NCBI RefSeq assembly: GCF_011386835.1
Contig: NC_088791.1
Span: 88,536,001-88,600,000 of the forward strand
DNA: 64,000 bases
Source: Chrysemys picta bellii
Lineage: Eukaryota
Direction of reading: 5' to 3'
The notes below the pieces were generated by a model. That model was not told the DNA's origin. It worked only from the letters and a program-made list of their open reading frames with translations, and searched no databases. Both the position numbers and the translations under genes were made by a program. Shown one piece after another: positions 22,701-35,052 of the stretch (the first letter of the stretch is position 1; each line of letters begins with the position of its first letter).

Positions 22701-25700
22701 GGCGGAGATGATCCTCCATCTCAGGTTTTTCTGTAGTGCTTATAAATGTATCTTCTCTTCTGTGTCTTCAGGTCAGGAAATCCCTGAGGAGGGGCGAGAA
22801 GTGGAGGAATATTCAGAAGAGGAGGAAGAGGAGGATGAAGATGATTCTGAGTCTGAAGAGACACCACAGCAGCAACACAAGGAGGAGTCGCGTACAGAGA
22901 CTGGGTCATCTACTACACCCTCTCAGCCACAGCAACAGCAGCAACCCCCACCACAGCCTGTTCCTCCAACTCAGATACAGGCACCGCCCATGCCTGGGCC
23001 TCCCCCTCTGGGACCACCTCCTGCCCCTCCCCTGAGGCCTCCGGGACCACCTACTGGTCTTCCTCCTGGACCTCCACCAGGTGAACACTTAGCTTATTTT
23101 TGTTTAAATTAACTTGCTGCTGCTGAAAGGCGTTAGGTTCCAATCCCAGTCCTATTCCCCGACCAGCTATAGTAGCAGTGCAGGCTTCTCTTAAACTGTC
23201 TTGTGAATGTGTTTTCAACCCTTCCCAGGAAGGGGAAACATACTTAGGTGATGGAAATTTAATACCATTCTTATTCAGTAGAGGGCCTCCCTAGTGAGCC
23301 AGATGGCCAATTGGTGCCTGTTCTGATGGTGGTTTTGCAATGTAAGCACCTATTTTACCAGGAACTGGAGGGAGACAGCAACTTATTTCACATAGCTCAA
23401 TGGGGAGTGATTTGGTCACTACCTATCTGAACTAGATTGCAGAAATTAGCCTAAAATGAAAATCTCTGTAACCCGTTCTCTAGCCATCTAATTTCATTAA
23501 ATAGAATATTAGCTTTGATAGAGTTAGGACATCTAGAACAATATATAACATGAGTCCAGTGCTATTCCTGTGCACACATACAATGAATAACAAACATGAT
23601 TTTAATAAGTAAACATAAGGCATGTCCTTCAGTTCTGCTCCTCTCACCCTCCCTAAAACAAAACAAAAAAACCCCAAACCCACAACAACCCTCCACCTTT
23701 ACTGTTTCCATGAAATCAACAAAGTCTGACTTTACCAGGACAGTGGGGGAAGCAGATTCCAGAGTGAAAGGTCTTACATTGAAGTCCTTATCTTCAGTTA
23801 TTTAAATTCAGGCATTGTTGACATTTGAGAGAACAGCTAATGAGTCACTGCAGTACATGGTGGGGAGAGAGTCTCCCAGACAGCTACTAGGTGGGACTGC
23901 CGATTCCTCAAGAAACGGAAGTGCTGGTACTAGAATACAATGTCTTGGGAATGTGGTGTGATATGGAGCACTTGAATGTCTCTGTAAAAGCTGTCTGTAT
24001 AGGAGAAATAGGATTTCCCCTTTTGCCAATCTGTGATGTTGCCACAATAGAGGAAAGGACACTTTTTTTACGCAACTGTGGAATTTGATACTGCGGTATA
24101 TTAACTCATTAAATTTCCCAAAAGTTATTTATTTTATATGAGCAGTGATCTCTTCAGTGACAGTCCCTAAAATTCATGGGGCTGCCCAGGTTTAGTTCTT
24201 ATGCTTCAAGCCAAAAGCTGGTGACCACTTGGGATCAGGAAGAAAATACCCTCCATCATAATGTACTGCACAGTCAGCTACATCAAGAAGAAAGCATAAA
24301 ATCCCCACAAGTAACTGGCTTTCACAGTTGCCAAAGAGGCACTACCAGAATGGATACAACATTGGTAAAATCTGGTAATGTCATTATGACAGGATTATAG
24401 GCTTTAATGTAATCTTGACATATTTTTCAAATGGGAAATCTCTGACTCTAGTTCAGGGACCAGCTTGTCAAAGTGATTCTTTCAAATACCTGCCCACTGG
24501 AAGGATCACATCAGAATGTTGTGTTCTTGGGAATACAGCTCAACACTGGAGCCTCTGCTATAAGATAACAGAAGGGACAATTGTGGTGAGAAGAGAGAGA
24601 ACTGACTTGGTTTGACCAGCCAAGACACCACATTTTCTGGGTCTGTGCCTACACTACAAGATAGGGGTGTGATTCTCTTGCTCATGAATATGTATTTGTG
24701 CTAGCGCTCATCGAGCTAGTAGAAAATAGCGTACCTATGGAAAGGTAGGTAGTGGCAGTGGAGGCAGGGGTGAACTGTGCTGAGTATAAACCTGCCTGAA
24801 ACTGGTAGATATGTACTCAGCATGGCTCAGACATGCCTCTCCTACTCATGCTACCCTGGCTGCACTACTGTTTATACTTTCACTAGCTCAATGTGAGCAA
24901 GCATGAATATCTGTACACACAGCATAGACATAGCCTTTGTCTAAGGGGTTAAGAAACCATAAGACTAGAAGATCAGTTATGTAGAGGGTTGGCTGATATT
25001 GGTGCTGTTTGATATTACATGATGCCATGTTTTTATGGCCATGAGTTCAGTAGCTTTTGTTTTGTGTGTGTATATTTTCAGGGGCTCCTCCATTCCTGAG
25101 ACCTCCAGGATTGCCAGGTCTGCGTGGGCCTTTACCACGACTCTTACCACCAGGGCCTCCACCTGGCCGGCCCCCTGGCCCTCCACCGGGCCCACCTCCA
25201 GGACTGCCACCTGGCCCTCCCCCACGTGGACCTCCACCTCGTTTGCCACCTCCAGCACCACCAGGTAAATCTTTCTACTTCCTTATTATGTGTATTTCAT
25301 TTTAAACCTTCCCACTGGTGCCTGAGTTAGTACATGTGGTATGGGGAAACGTTCTTTCCCAGTGCTCTGGCCTCGGACAATCCCATGCTACTTATGTGCC
25401 TACATTCAGGCTACATTACTACAAGCACGGCATTGGGTGGTGTAACCAGTTCCCCTCCATTGCAGGTCTCTTGGAGTTGTTACTTTCCATTTAATATCAA
25501 TGGCTAAGTCCCTGCTGTTCTGTGCAGACTTGTACCTGGAGGTCTGAATTCCCGTTATGTCAAAGTTTGTTTTTATTGTACTATATCACAGAACTGGTCC
25601 AGATTGCCTCTTCATTGACTTCCCTGTTAGAATTCACATTATTATTTGTATTTTCTTGGGGCCTAGGAGCCATTGTGCTAGACACTGTACAAACAGAACA

Positions 25701-25830
25701 AAAGGACAGTCCCTGCAGCTGTCCACTCCTGAAGCAGGGACTATTTACACCCCACTGGTCAATGCTGCTGATAGTTCTGAAATTCTCATACACATGATGG
25801 GAGGTTGTTCCTTGTGTTCTAGCACTGGAG

Positions 25831-25877
<47 letters not shown>

Positions 25878-26547
25878 GGAATTCAAGGGAGGGGAATACA
25901 CTGGGGCCTTAACCTCCATACAAGGCCAATATCTAGAATTTCCTAAATGTGTGTGCACGTTCTTCCTGATGGAGAACAATCTGATGCTGAGGGGCCTGAA
26001 AACAATTTGTAAGATTACCTACTGCCCTACTCTAACTCGGGGGCCCTGCCTCCAATTTACGAGCTTTCTCTGGATTGTTTCCAAGTGCTGTTTCCACTTG
26101 CTCAAACTTTCTGTCCCCCTGTCCACAGGTATCCCTCCTCCTCGTCCGGGCATGTTGCGTCCACCTCTGGGACCTCCACCAGGCCTTTTCCCGCCGGCTC
26201 CCATTCCAAACCCAGGGGTGCTGAGTGCCCCACCCAGTCTGATCCAGCGCCCCAAAGCGGATGACACCAGTGGAGCTACCATTGAGAAGAAAGCCACAGC
26301 CACAATCAGTGCCAAGCCGCAAATTACCAACCCCAAAGCAGAGATCACCCGCTTTGTACCCACTGCCCTGCGAGTGCGACGTGAGAATAAGGGGGCTTCT
26401 GCTGTCTCCCAGAGAAAACATGATGATGAACCAGCTCTCCAATTAACCAAAGCAACTCCTAAGGTTGGCTCCTCTGCCCCTGTCTCTGTGCAGACTAAGG
26501 ATGATGTGTATGAAGCCTTCATGAAGGAAATGGAGGGGCTACTGTGA
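13652..26547 (+). CDS. WBP11: WW domain-binding protein 11 (splicing factor), spliced CDS 1926 nt = 641 aa
   Basis: Coding exons 13652-13715, 14382-14413, 15503-15596, 16128-16324, 17825-17958, 19368-19567, 21027-21218, 21914-22015, 22772-23080, 25082-25264, 26129-26547. All introns GT-AG with consistent phases. Starts MGRRSTSSTKSGKFMNPTDQARKEARKRELKK, contains SVRFADMPG (PP1-binding), ends KDDVYEAFMKEMEGLL. Confidence 0.97.
14382..14413 (+). CDS. WBP11: WBP11 coding exon 2
   Basis: KEARKRELKK; AG/GT flanks. Confidence 0.93.
14865..15262. mobile_element. hAT-type MITE
   Basis: CAGTGGTTCTCAACC...GGTTCAGAGCCACTG termini; degenerate TSD CTTTAACT/CTTAACTC. Confidence 0.7.
15503..15596 (+). CDS. 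WBP11: WBP11 coding exon 3
   Basis: NKKQRMMVRAAVLKMKDPKQIIRDMEKLDEM; AG/GT flanks. Confidence 0.95.
16128..16324 (+). CDS. WBP11: WBP11 coding exon 4
   Basis: EFNPVQQPQLNEKVLKDKRKKLRETFERI...YFDAVK. Confidence 0.95.
16811..17495. mobile_element. Harbinger-type MITE
   Basis: TAA|GGGCATGTCTACAC...GTGTAGACCGGGGC|TAA. Confidence 0.8.
17825..17958 (+). CDS. WBP11: WBP11 coding exon 5
   Basis: NAQHVEVESIPLPDMPHAPSNILIQDIPLPGAQPPSILKKTSAYG. Confidence 0.95.
18255..18640. mobile_element. Non-autonomous Harbinger right-end fragment
   Basis: Aligns by eye with about 31190-31512 of the full element. Ends GTAGTGTAGACATACCC|TTA. Left boundary approximate. Confidence 0.8.
18644..18929. mobile_element. 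Young palindromic Harbinger-type MITE
   Basis: TTA|GGGTACGTCTATAC...GTGTAGACCAAGCC|TAA; CpG-rich; internal hairpin 18837-18903. Confidence 0.85.
19368..19567 (+). CDS. WBP11: WBP11 coding exon 6
   Basis: PPVRPISV...GRKPPGPPPGPPPPQVLQMYGRKVGF. Confidence 0.93.
21027..21218 (+). CDS. WBP11: WBP11 coding exon 7 (acidic)
   Basis: QRGHDDDASSTSEDEGYPEDMDQD...EDKKS. Confidence 0.93.
21914..22015 (+). CDS. WBP11: WBP11 coding exon 8
   Basis: LSVRFADMPGKSRKKKKNMKELTPLQAMMLRMA. Confidence 0.95.
22772..23080 (+). CDS. WBP11: WBP11 coding exon 9
   Basis: QEIPEEGREVEEYSEEEEE...PPGPPTGLPPGPPP. Confidence 0.95.
25082..25264 (+). CDS. WBP11: WBP11 coding exon 10 (proline-rich)
   Basis: APPFLRPPGLPGLRGPLPRLLPPGPPPGRPP...APP. 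Confidence 0.95.
25831..25874. repeat. (AT)5(GT)17 microsatellite
   Basis: Read directly in the last WBP11 intron. Confidence 0.95.
26129..26547 (+). CDS. WBP11: WBP11 last coding exon
   Basis: IPPPRPGMLRPP...AKPQITNPKAEITRFVPTALRVRR...EMEGLL*. Confidence 0.96.
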
Positions 26548-27251
26548 CGTACCCTCATCCCGGTCAACCCTCCTACCTGCTCAGATCAAATCAGACTACT
26601 GTTTTGGGGAGGGGGGGAGGTGTATTTCCTGTAATAGACCCAGTCACTGAAGGAGACCACCCGTGCCCCATTTTCAGTGTGTGTGGGGAGGGGGGGTTGC
26701 GTGATGGTATATTCCACCTACCCACAGGTTAACTTACCAACAGGCTTCAGAATAGAGACCATTGCAGACAGGTTCTGGTGGGGGCCTTCCTTTCAGAGCC
26801 AGAATTGCCACTTCTGTCTCTTTTGCGGGAGGAGACTAAAATCCAGAAGTGACACTATGATGGAACCTTTCTTGGGTCTTTCTTCTATTTTGCGGGACAC
26901 TAGTACTGAAAGACGAGTATGTCTGGCACTCCCACTGGAACCTTTTCACCCCCCAAATGCTTTGGGTCGGGTGCTAGAATAAACTCCTGAGGTACTGGAA
27001 ATACGTTGGCAACATTTCATACACACACCTGGTCATTAAGTTTTTATGTTCCATTTTGGTTGTCTTTTGTAAATATTTTGTAATACTGTGTTTTTAGTTG
27101 CAGTGAGATTGATCGATCATTCCCTGCAAAGGGGTTATCAAAAAGGTATTTTGCTGCATATACTTTATGGGAGTTTTGCACTCTGTCCCCTCCAGAGTCA
27201 ACTTGTTGGGTTCCTGCTGACAGGGAAAACTTCAATGTGTCTCATGAAAAC

Positions 27252-27257
27252 AATAAA
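27252..27257 (+). terminator. Likely WBP11 polyadenylation signal (alternative AATAAA at 26978-26983; Pumilio-type TGTAAATA at 27068-27075)
   Basis: AATAAA followed by a GT/T-rich stretch at the end of an AT-rich 3' UTR. Confidence 0.55.
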
Positions 27258-28071
27258 TGTTTGATGTAGTAAAACACCTGTCTTTTTGTGATCTGGTATT
27301 TGTATTAATGCAGTTAGGGGAAAGGCTGTGCGTAGCTCCTGGGAAGGGACTATTGCACTGAACCTCATGGAAGAACTACCTGGCTAGATTTTGAATTAAG
27401 TACAATCTTTTAAAAAATGCTTTATGAAGTTGTGAGCAAACCTACTGAAACTGTGTGTCAGAACACCTGTACTTTGCTGCATCATTCATAACCCTCACTT
27501 GTAATTTATAATCCCCCTTTGCCCACCAACCTTTGCTGGTGGACCATGTCATTTTGAGACCTGAAATGTGGAGCTCGCAACAGTTAACAAGCTCCTCTGT
27601 TTATGCAGGCAAAGCTTTAACTTACATCAAGCCTAAAATACTTGATTACACTGGATGTCCCTTGGACTGATGAGAAAGCATATCAAGTTAGAAGTAGAAA
27701 CAACTTAGGCCTGGTCTACACTACGGGGTTAGGGTCGAATTTAGCAGTGTTAGGTCGATTTTAAAAATGACCGCGTCCACACAACCAACCCTGTTCCGTC
27801 AACCTAAAGGGCTCTTAAAATTGACTTATATACTCCTCCCCGTCGAGGGGAGTAGTGCTAAAATCGACCTTGCTGGGTCGAATTTGGGGTAGTGCGGATG
27901 CAAATTGATGGTATTGGCCTTCGGGAGCTGACCCAGAGTGCTCCATTGTGACCTTTCTGGACAGCACTTTGAACTCCGCTGCACTAGCGAGGTACACAGG
28001 AAAAGCCCCGGGAACTTTTGAATTTCATTTCCTGTTTGGTCAGCGTGGCGAGCTCAGCAGCACAGGTGACC

Positions 28072-29469
28072 ATGCAGTCCCAGAATCGCAAACGAGCTCC
28101 AGCATGGACTGAAAGGGAGACACTGGATCTGATTGCTGTATGGGGAGAAGAATCTGTGCAGGCAGAACTCCAATCCAAAAGAAGAAATGCAAATATATTT
28201 GCCAAAATCTCACAGGGCATGTTGGATAGAGGCTACACCAGGGACACACAGCGGTGCCGCGTGAAAGTTAAGGAGCTCAGGCAAGCCTACAAAAAGACAA
28301 AGGAGGCAAATGGTCGCTCTGGATCAGAGCCCCCACACATGCCGCTTCTATGAACAGCTGCATGCCATTCTAGAGGGGGACCCTACCACTATCCCACCAC
28401 TGTCTGTGGACACCTGCAATGGGGGAGTCTCACGGAACACGGAGGAGGATTTTGTGGATGAGGAAGAGGAGGAGAATGCACAGCAGGCAAGCGGTGAATC
28501 CGTTCTCCCTGGCAGCCAAGAACTTTTCATCACCCTGGAGCCAATACCCTCCCAAGGCAGGATCGCCGACCCTGAAGCCTGGGAAAGGCACCTCTGGTGA
28601 GTGCACATATGTAACTACAGTACAGAATTTAAAAGCAATAGTGTTCATGGTCACCTGGTTGAATTAGGGGAATTTTTGTAAAGGAACAGTAAAAGGACCC
28701 TGTTCATGCTGGGCTGTTTGCGTTTGGCTAAAAGGGATCATCCCGGGGAATAGCCACGTGGCAGGAGGAGGGGGGAAGGGATCATCCCAGAGAATAGCCA
28801 CGTGGTGGGGTGGGGGTAGGTGTGTGCTGCACATTTACCTGAATACTGCAGCCCCTCCTAAATGTGAAACCCAACCCATTGCTTGCTCTGGGAAAGGGGG
28901 GGCGCTGCAGTTTGAAAACATTCCCAAATGTTATGAAGGCATAAGAAGCCAACCCAATTTTACTTTCCCTTTTTATCTCCCCACAGGTGCAAATGTTTCT
29001 ATGCTCCTCCTATCATCTCCGTCTCCTGTTATCGCAGATTAGAAGGCAAAAAAAATGCACTTGCGATGACATGTTTTTCGAGCTGATGCAGGCCTCCTGC
29101 ACTGATAGGACACAGCTCAATGCATGGAGGCATTCAGTGGCAGAGGCCAGGAAAGAATTGAGGGAGCGCGAAGAGCGGAGGCAGGACGCAATGCTGAGGC
29201 TAATGGGGGAGCAAACGGACATGCTGAAGCGGCTGTTGAGGGAGCAAACGGACATGCTGAAGCGGCTGTTGGAGCTGCAGGAAAGCCAAGAAGAGCACAG
29301 ACCCCCGCTGCATCCGCTGTATAACCACCTACCCTTCTCTCCATGTTCCATAGCCTCCTCACCCAGATACCCAAGAACTCGGGGAGGGAGGCTCCGGGCA
29401 CCCAGCCACTCCACTCCAGAGGATGTCCCAAGTAACAGAAGGCTGTCATTCAAGCAGGTGGATTTGTAG
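28072..29469 (+). pseudogene. Harbinger Myb/SANT-like (trihelix) DNA-binding protein, two exons, frameshifted near 28335
   Basis: RKRAPAWTERETLDLIAVWGEE...RDTQRCRVKVKELRQAY...CRFYEQLHAIL. Donor GTGAGT at 28597, acceptor CCCACAG| at 28986. Confidence 0.85.
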
Positions 29470-29647
29470 TGTGGCTGCAATAAACAATGTAGCCTTGCCC
29501 TTCTCTCCTCCCCCACCCCACCTGGGTTACCTTGTCCATTATCTAATTTTTTTTTTAATTATTAAAGAATGCATGGTTTCAAAACAATAGCTACTTTATT
29601 TCGAAGGGGGGAGGGTGGTTGGCTTACAGGAGAAACACACACAACTG

Positions 29648-30907
29648 TCACACTGAAGCCTGTCCAGTCATGAAACTGGTTTTCAAAGCCTCTCTGATGC
29701 ACCGCACGCCTAGCTGTGCTCTTCTAATCTCCCTGGTGTCTGGCTGCTCATAATCGGATGCCACGCGATTTGCCTCAACCTCCCACCCCGCTATAAACGT
29801 CTCCTCCTTACTCTCTCAGATATTATGGAGCACACAGCAAGCAGTAATAACAATGGGAATGTTGGTTGTGCTGAGGTCTGACCTAGTCATCAAACAGCGC
29901 CAGTGAGCTTTTAAATGTTCAAAGGCACATTCTACCACCATTCTGCACTTGCTCAGCCTATAGTTGAACTGCTCCTCTCTACTGTCCGGGCTGCCTGTGT
30001 AAGGTTTCATGAGCCATGGGAGCAAAGGGTAGGCTGGGTCCCCAAGGATAACTATTGGCATTTCAACATCCCCAATGGTAATTTTCTGGTCTGGGAGGTA
30101 AGTCCCTTCTTGCAGCTGCTCGAACAGCCTGGAGTTCCTAAGATGCGAGCGTCATGCACGTTTCCCAGCCATCCCACGTTGATGTCGGTGAAACGTCCCT
30201 TGTGATCCACCAGTGCTTGCAGCACCATTGAGAAGTACCCCTTGCAGTTTATGTACTGGTTGGCAGGTGGTCCGGTGCCAAGATAGGGATATGTGTTCCG
30301 TCTATTGCCTCACCACAGTTAGGGAACCCCATTGCAGCAAAGCCATCCACTATGACCTGCACATTTCCCAGAGTCACTACCCTTGATAACAGAACGTCAA
30401 CGATTGCATTGGCTACTTGGATCACAGCAGCCCCCACAGTAGACTTGGCCACTCCAAATTGATACGGTAGCAGTCAGGCCTTGCAAGCTTCCACAGAGCT
30501 ATTGCTACTCGCTTCCCAACTGTCAGGGCAGCTCTCCCCTTGGTATTCTGGCGCTTCAGGGTGGGGGAAAGCAACTCACAGAGTTCCAGGAAAGTGGCCT
30601 TACGCATGCGAAAGTTTTGCAGCCACTGTGAATCATCCCATACCTGCAACACTATGTGGTCCCACCAGTCTGTGCTTGTTTGCCTGACCCAGAATTGGCA
30701 TTCCACTGTACCAACCAGCCCCAGTGCCACCATGATGTCCCAATTGCCACAGCCAGTGCTTTCAGGAATGTCTGTGTCCATGTCCTCATCAAAATCTTCC
30801 TCGTGCTGGTGTTTCTTAGCCCCGTTCTGCATATACTCAAGGATAATGCGCGAGGTGTTTACAATGCTCGCAACAGCAGCAGTGACTGTGAGCTGAGCGG
30901 GCTCCAT
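29648..30907 (-). pseudogene. Harbinger (HARBI1-like) DDE transposase with stops and frameshifts
   Basis: NFRMRKATFLELC, AIDGTHIPI, ILGDPAYPL, RMVVECAF..LK..WR and ACCVLHN fragments in different frames. Confidence 0.92.
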
Positions 30908-31934
30908 GCTTGCCGTGCTATGGCGTCTGCAGGAGAGCAGACTTGCAGCGGAAGCGGTGGATGACAACGGTTAGTACCGCACAGATTTCTGACAACTTGT
31001 AGAAATTTGCTATTGAGACTCAGCTCATTTACAAGAGCAGAGTTGCAGTGGAAGCTGTGGATGATTACGGTTAGCAGTCCTACTGCACCGTCTGCTGACA
31101 GCAGCACCCAGGACACAACAGCAGCGGTGACTGTGAGCTGAGCTGAGCGGGCTCCATGCTTGTCGTGGTATGGCATCTGCATGGGAAAAAGGCGCGAAAT
31201 GATTGTCTGCGTTGCTTTCACAGACGGAGGGTTGACTGACAACATGTACCCAAAACCACCCTCAACAATGTTTTTGCCCCATCAGGCATTGGGAGCTTAC
31301 CCCAGAATTCAAATGGGTGGCGGAGACTGCGGGAACTGTGGGATAGCTACCCACTGTGCACCACTCCGTAAGTTGATGCTAGCCACGGTAGTGAGGACAC
31401 ACTCCGCCAGCTTAATGCGCTTAGTGTGGACATACACAATCGACTGTGTAAAATCAATTTCTAAAAGTCAACTTCTATAAAATCAACCTAATTTTGTAGT
31501 GTAGACATACCCTTACAAATTTAAGATTATAAATAATAGTTTCACTGACAAGGAAACTTCTATGCAAAAATTCTGTTAAATTATGTAAAAATTGAGAATA
31601 TTGCACTAAAAATGTTAGTTAAACATTAGTGTTTCCTCACTTTTTAACAAATTGAGATTCTAAATTTAACCTTTCTTCATAAGCCAACTCTCCTTCCAGC
31701 TATACGCCATAAAACCCTGCTAGTTCCATTCACCATACTCCTCCATCTCCTTTTCCAGTGTGAACTACTGACTACCACTAGCACACATCTACATACTAAC
31801 TATATGTATTGTTACACACTCACCACATGTAGAACACAAACCTCCTGCTCCTTTAGTCCACCTGCTCGTGTTCAAGAGATAACAGTACCTTAATTTCTCT
31901 GGACCAAATGGGGACTAAACCCCACAGTATCTCA

Positions 31935-31984
31935 GGCCTGGTCTACACTACGACTTTAATTAATCCCGTAGTGTGGACATACCC
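31935..31984. mobile_element. 50-bp minimal Harbinger element (two TIRs only)
   Basis: TCA|GGCCTGGTCTACACTACG-14 nt-CGTAGTGTGGACATACCC|TCA. Confidence 0.8.
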
Positions 31985-32848
31985 TCATTGATTTTAAGGC
32001 CAGAAGACCAGCTGTGATCATCTAGGGCAGTGATACTCAGGCTGAGGCTCATAAGCTGCAAGTGGCTCTTTAATGTGTCTTTAATGTGTCTCCTGTGGCT
32101 CTTTGCAGCACATGATATTAAAACACTGTGTGATGTAATTATTAATCAGGATGCTTTTACTATGTTATTAACCAATTGTAGTTGATAAAATAATACTTGG
32201 TCAGTCATTTCACTGTGAGAATAATATATATATAAAAATAGTAAATGAAACAATAAATTCACACTACTGTGGCTCTTTTAGGTAACGATCACTAATTTGG
32301 CTCTTGAAACACAGGTTTGAGTATCAGTGATCTAGGGTGACCTGCATAATACAGACCATTGGACTTGCCTGAATTAAATCCTATTTCAAATCCAATACCT
32401 GTGGTCAAACTGCAGTGTGTGTGAATTTTATAGTTCCCCCCCCCCCAAAAAAGTCCAATCTTGATTTAAAAATTTCCAGTGACAGAGAATCCACCACAAC
32501 CTTTGGTCCAAAGACAGTGTACCATTGCATTGGATCCAGTTCACCTTATCCACCCTTTTAATATGGATTGGATATCGCACTGTACTAAACCCACTCATCT
32601 TCCTGATATTATTCAGACACCTGCTCTTTAGCAATAGGTTGGAGACTCCTTCTCTTCTAAGTATCTGGTGTAGAGACCAGTATCTCTCATACAAACTGAG
32701 GGAAAGGGGAGCTAGTATATATGCTTGGGGGTCTACCTCCTTATGCTTCCTGCTGGTTACTGCCTGTTCCTCTTCCCTCAGGGCAATACCCAAGTCAAGT
32801 AATATGAAGAGAAGAGGTGGAAAAATGCAGTGTTTTCCTGTTTGTCCA

Positions 32849-33268
32849 TGTGACGGAGCTGGGAGCAGGGCAGATTTGACCTGGGAATGTTGCAGGGGGA
32901 TTGCAGTGGGGATGTGGGACTTCCCTTGAAGGAAGCTACCTGAGCTGTAACCTGAGCCAGGAACGGGGGTGGGGAGAATTAACACCTTCTGCCCGGGAGA
33001 CTGAACAAAGGAGAGGAGCAGCGGAGGGGCTGGGAGTTTAGTTTCGGTTTGGGCTGGGTGGTGCAACGCAGGGAACCCCAAGCTGGGGTCTAAGCTCCCT
33101 GAACCTCCCAGAGGGACCTAATTGAGGGGGTCTGGTCGTACCTACACGCTCTGCTTGAGACTGTGTTCCTGTCCTTAAATAAACCTTCTGCTTTACTGGC
33201 TGGTTGAGAGTCGCAGTGAATCTCGGGAAGAGGGGTGCAGGGCCCTAACTCCCCCACAATCCGCAACA
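32849..33268 (+). mobile_element. Solo LTR (420 bp)
   Basis: TGTGACGGA...TCCGCAACA termini, 5-bp TSD GTCCA (32844-32848, 33269-33273), internal AATAAA at about 33179. Confidence 0.88.
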
Positions 33269-33644
33269 GTCCATTCTCTATGTTCTATGCTGCACAATCT
33301 ATAAGACACTAGCACTCAGCTGTCATGGGACCTCTACTGAGGCTTTTTGAGCTTTGATCCTGAGGTTACGAAAATCTGCCCTTAACTTGTGCTTACATTT
33401 TCCTCATCTGTAGACAGACTCCCTCTCTCTGGTATAGGTAGGAAGGTTGTGAGCTAATCATAAAACTAAAATCCATACTAAATTGTATAATTTAGTTGGG
33501 GAAACTGAAATTTCACCTGACAACTAGGTGTTTTTTCAGTCAGTAGGGGGAGGTTGAGTAGAGATCTGGGCAGCATTGAGATTGGGACTTAATTCTGACT
33601 TCCTTGACTTTCTAGTATTTGGTGTTAACTATGATATAGTTGAT

Positions 33645-33950
33645 AGGCCAGAAGAGACCATTATGATCATCTAGTCTAACCTCTTAATTCCCAGAGCAGA
33701 TCTTTTAGAAAAAAAATCCAATCTGGATTTAAAAATTCAGTGGTGGTGAATCCACCATGACCCTTCATAAATTGTTTTAATGGTCAATTACTTTCAATGT
33801 TAAAATTTTGTCATTCCAGTTTGAATTTGTCTAACTTCAACTTCCAGCTATTGGACTGTTATACCTTTCTCTGCTAGGTTGAACAGTCCATTATTGAATA
33901 TTTGTTTGCCATGTAGTTACCTACAGATTGTAATCAAATCACCCTTTCTC
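33645..33950 (-). mobile_element. CR1 LINE 3' fragment (a further degraded piece at about 32300-32810)
   Basis: Reverse complement of the recalled CR1 3' motif GAGGTTAGACTAGATGATC...GGCC. Boundaries approximate. Confidence 0.55.
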
Positions 33951-34577
33951 CTCCTCCTTGCCTTCGTCCCATCTATATTGAATTAGCTCACAGGACTCAT
34001 GTTATGGATGACTTTGGCAAAGTTTTAGGGTCAGCTGCTACCCTGACACCATCCTTCTGTCTTTTTCAAACAGGCTTGGGATGGGCTACGGAGGAGTTCA
34101 AGTCATCCTTTAAGCTTCGCTTAGTTAACTAAGTATCACCATAAGGCAAGTTTTCTATTCTTTTAAATATACCTCCCAATTTTTTCCAGATTTCTGCTCA
34201 AGGTAGGCCTTAAACTCACACTGGCTGGGTCAGATTCAAAGGGCTACTACTTATCCCCTTGAGCTTTCCAGCTGGTGTGGATACATATATACTTTTTTAA
34301 TAGACAACATTTTTAAACTTAACTACATCTTAGTTTTTGTCTGGGACACCGAATTAAGACTCAGTGCTTCAATTCAGGTGGTCATTTGCAAGGTGGTTAT
34401 TTCTATACAAATAACCACCTGAATTGAAGCACTGAGTCTTAATTCGGTGTTCCAGACAAAAACTGCTATCATGGGTCAGACCAGTAGTCTGCCTAATCTA
34501 GTATCCTGTCTTGTGACAGTGGTCAATGCCAGGTGCTTCTAAAGGAATGATCAGACCAGGCAATGACTCAGTGAACC

Positions 34578-35052
34578 CAGGGCCGGTGCTACCATTAAGG
34601 CGAACTAGGTGGTTGCCTAGGGTGCCAAGATTTGGGGGCGCCAAAAACCAGTGCCCCCAATTCCCCCCCCACGGCAGCTCCCCACCCCAGCTCACCTCTG
34701 CTCTGCCTCCTCCCCGAGCACGCCGCCCCCACTCTAATTCTCCTCCCCTCCCAGGCTTGCGGCGCCAAACAGCTGATTGGTGCCGCAAGCCTGGGAGGCA
34801 GGAGAAGTGGAGCAGCAACGGCGTGCTTGGGGAGGGGGCGTAGCAGAAGTGAGCTGGGGTGGGGAGCTGCCGCACGGCTCCCCGAGCCGGGGGGGCGGAG
34901 CTGCCGCGGGGGGGGGGAAACGCCTCAGGGCGGGGGGGGGAGCTGCTGCGGGAGGGGGCTCAAGGCGGGGGGGCGGGGAGCTGCCGCAGGGCTGAGGGGG
35001 GCGCAAGGTGGAAGTTTTGCCTAGGGCGCGAAACTTCCTTGCACTGGCACTG
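34578..35052. mobile_element. GC-rich hAT-type MITE
   Basis: CAGGGCCGGTGC...GCACTGGCACTG termini; 8-bp TSD AGTGAACC/AGCGAACC. Confidence 0.85.

Larger units (their letters stand above)
27708..31512. mobile_element. Full-length, decayed PIF/Harbinger DNA transposon
   Basis: TTA TSD (27705-27707, 31513-31515), TIR core GTCTACACTAC, and convergent Myb/SANT-like and transposase genes. Confidence 0.95.

Noticed and set aside
22920-22960. Short Gln/Pro run in WBP11 coding exon 9
   Set aside because: Ordinary variation in a low-complexity region; total protein length equals the recalled human 641 aa.
32428-33081. 217-aa minus-strand ORF
   Set aside because: Crosses the boundary between a CR1 remnant and a solo LTR; a chance chimeric frame.
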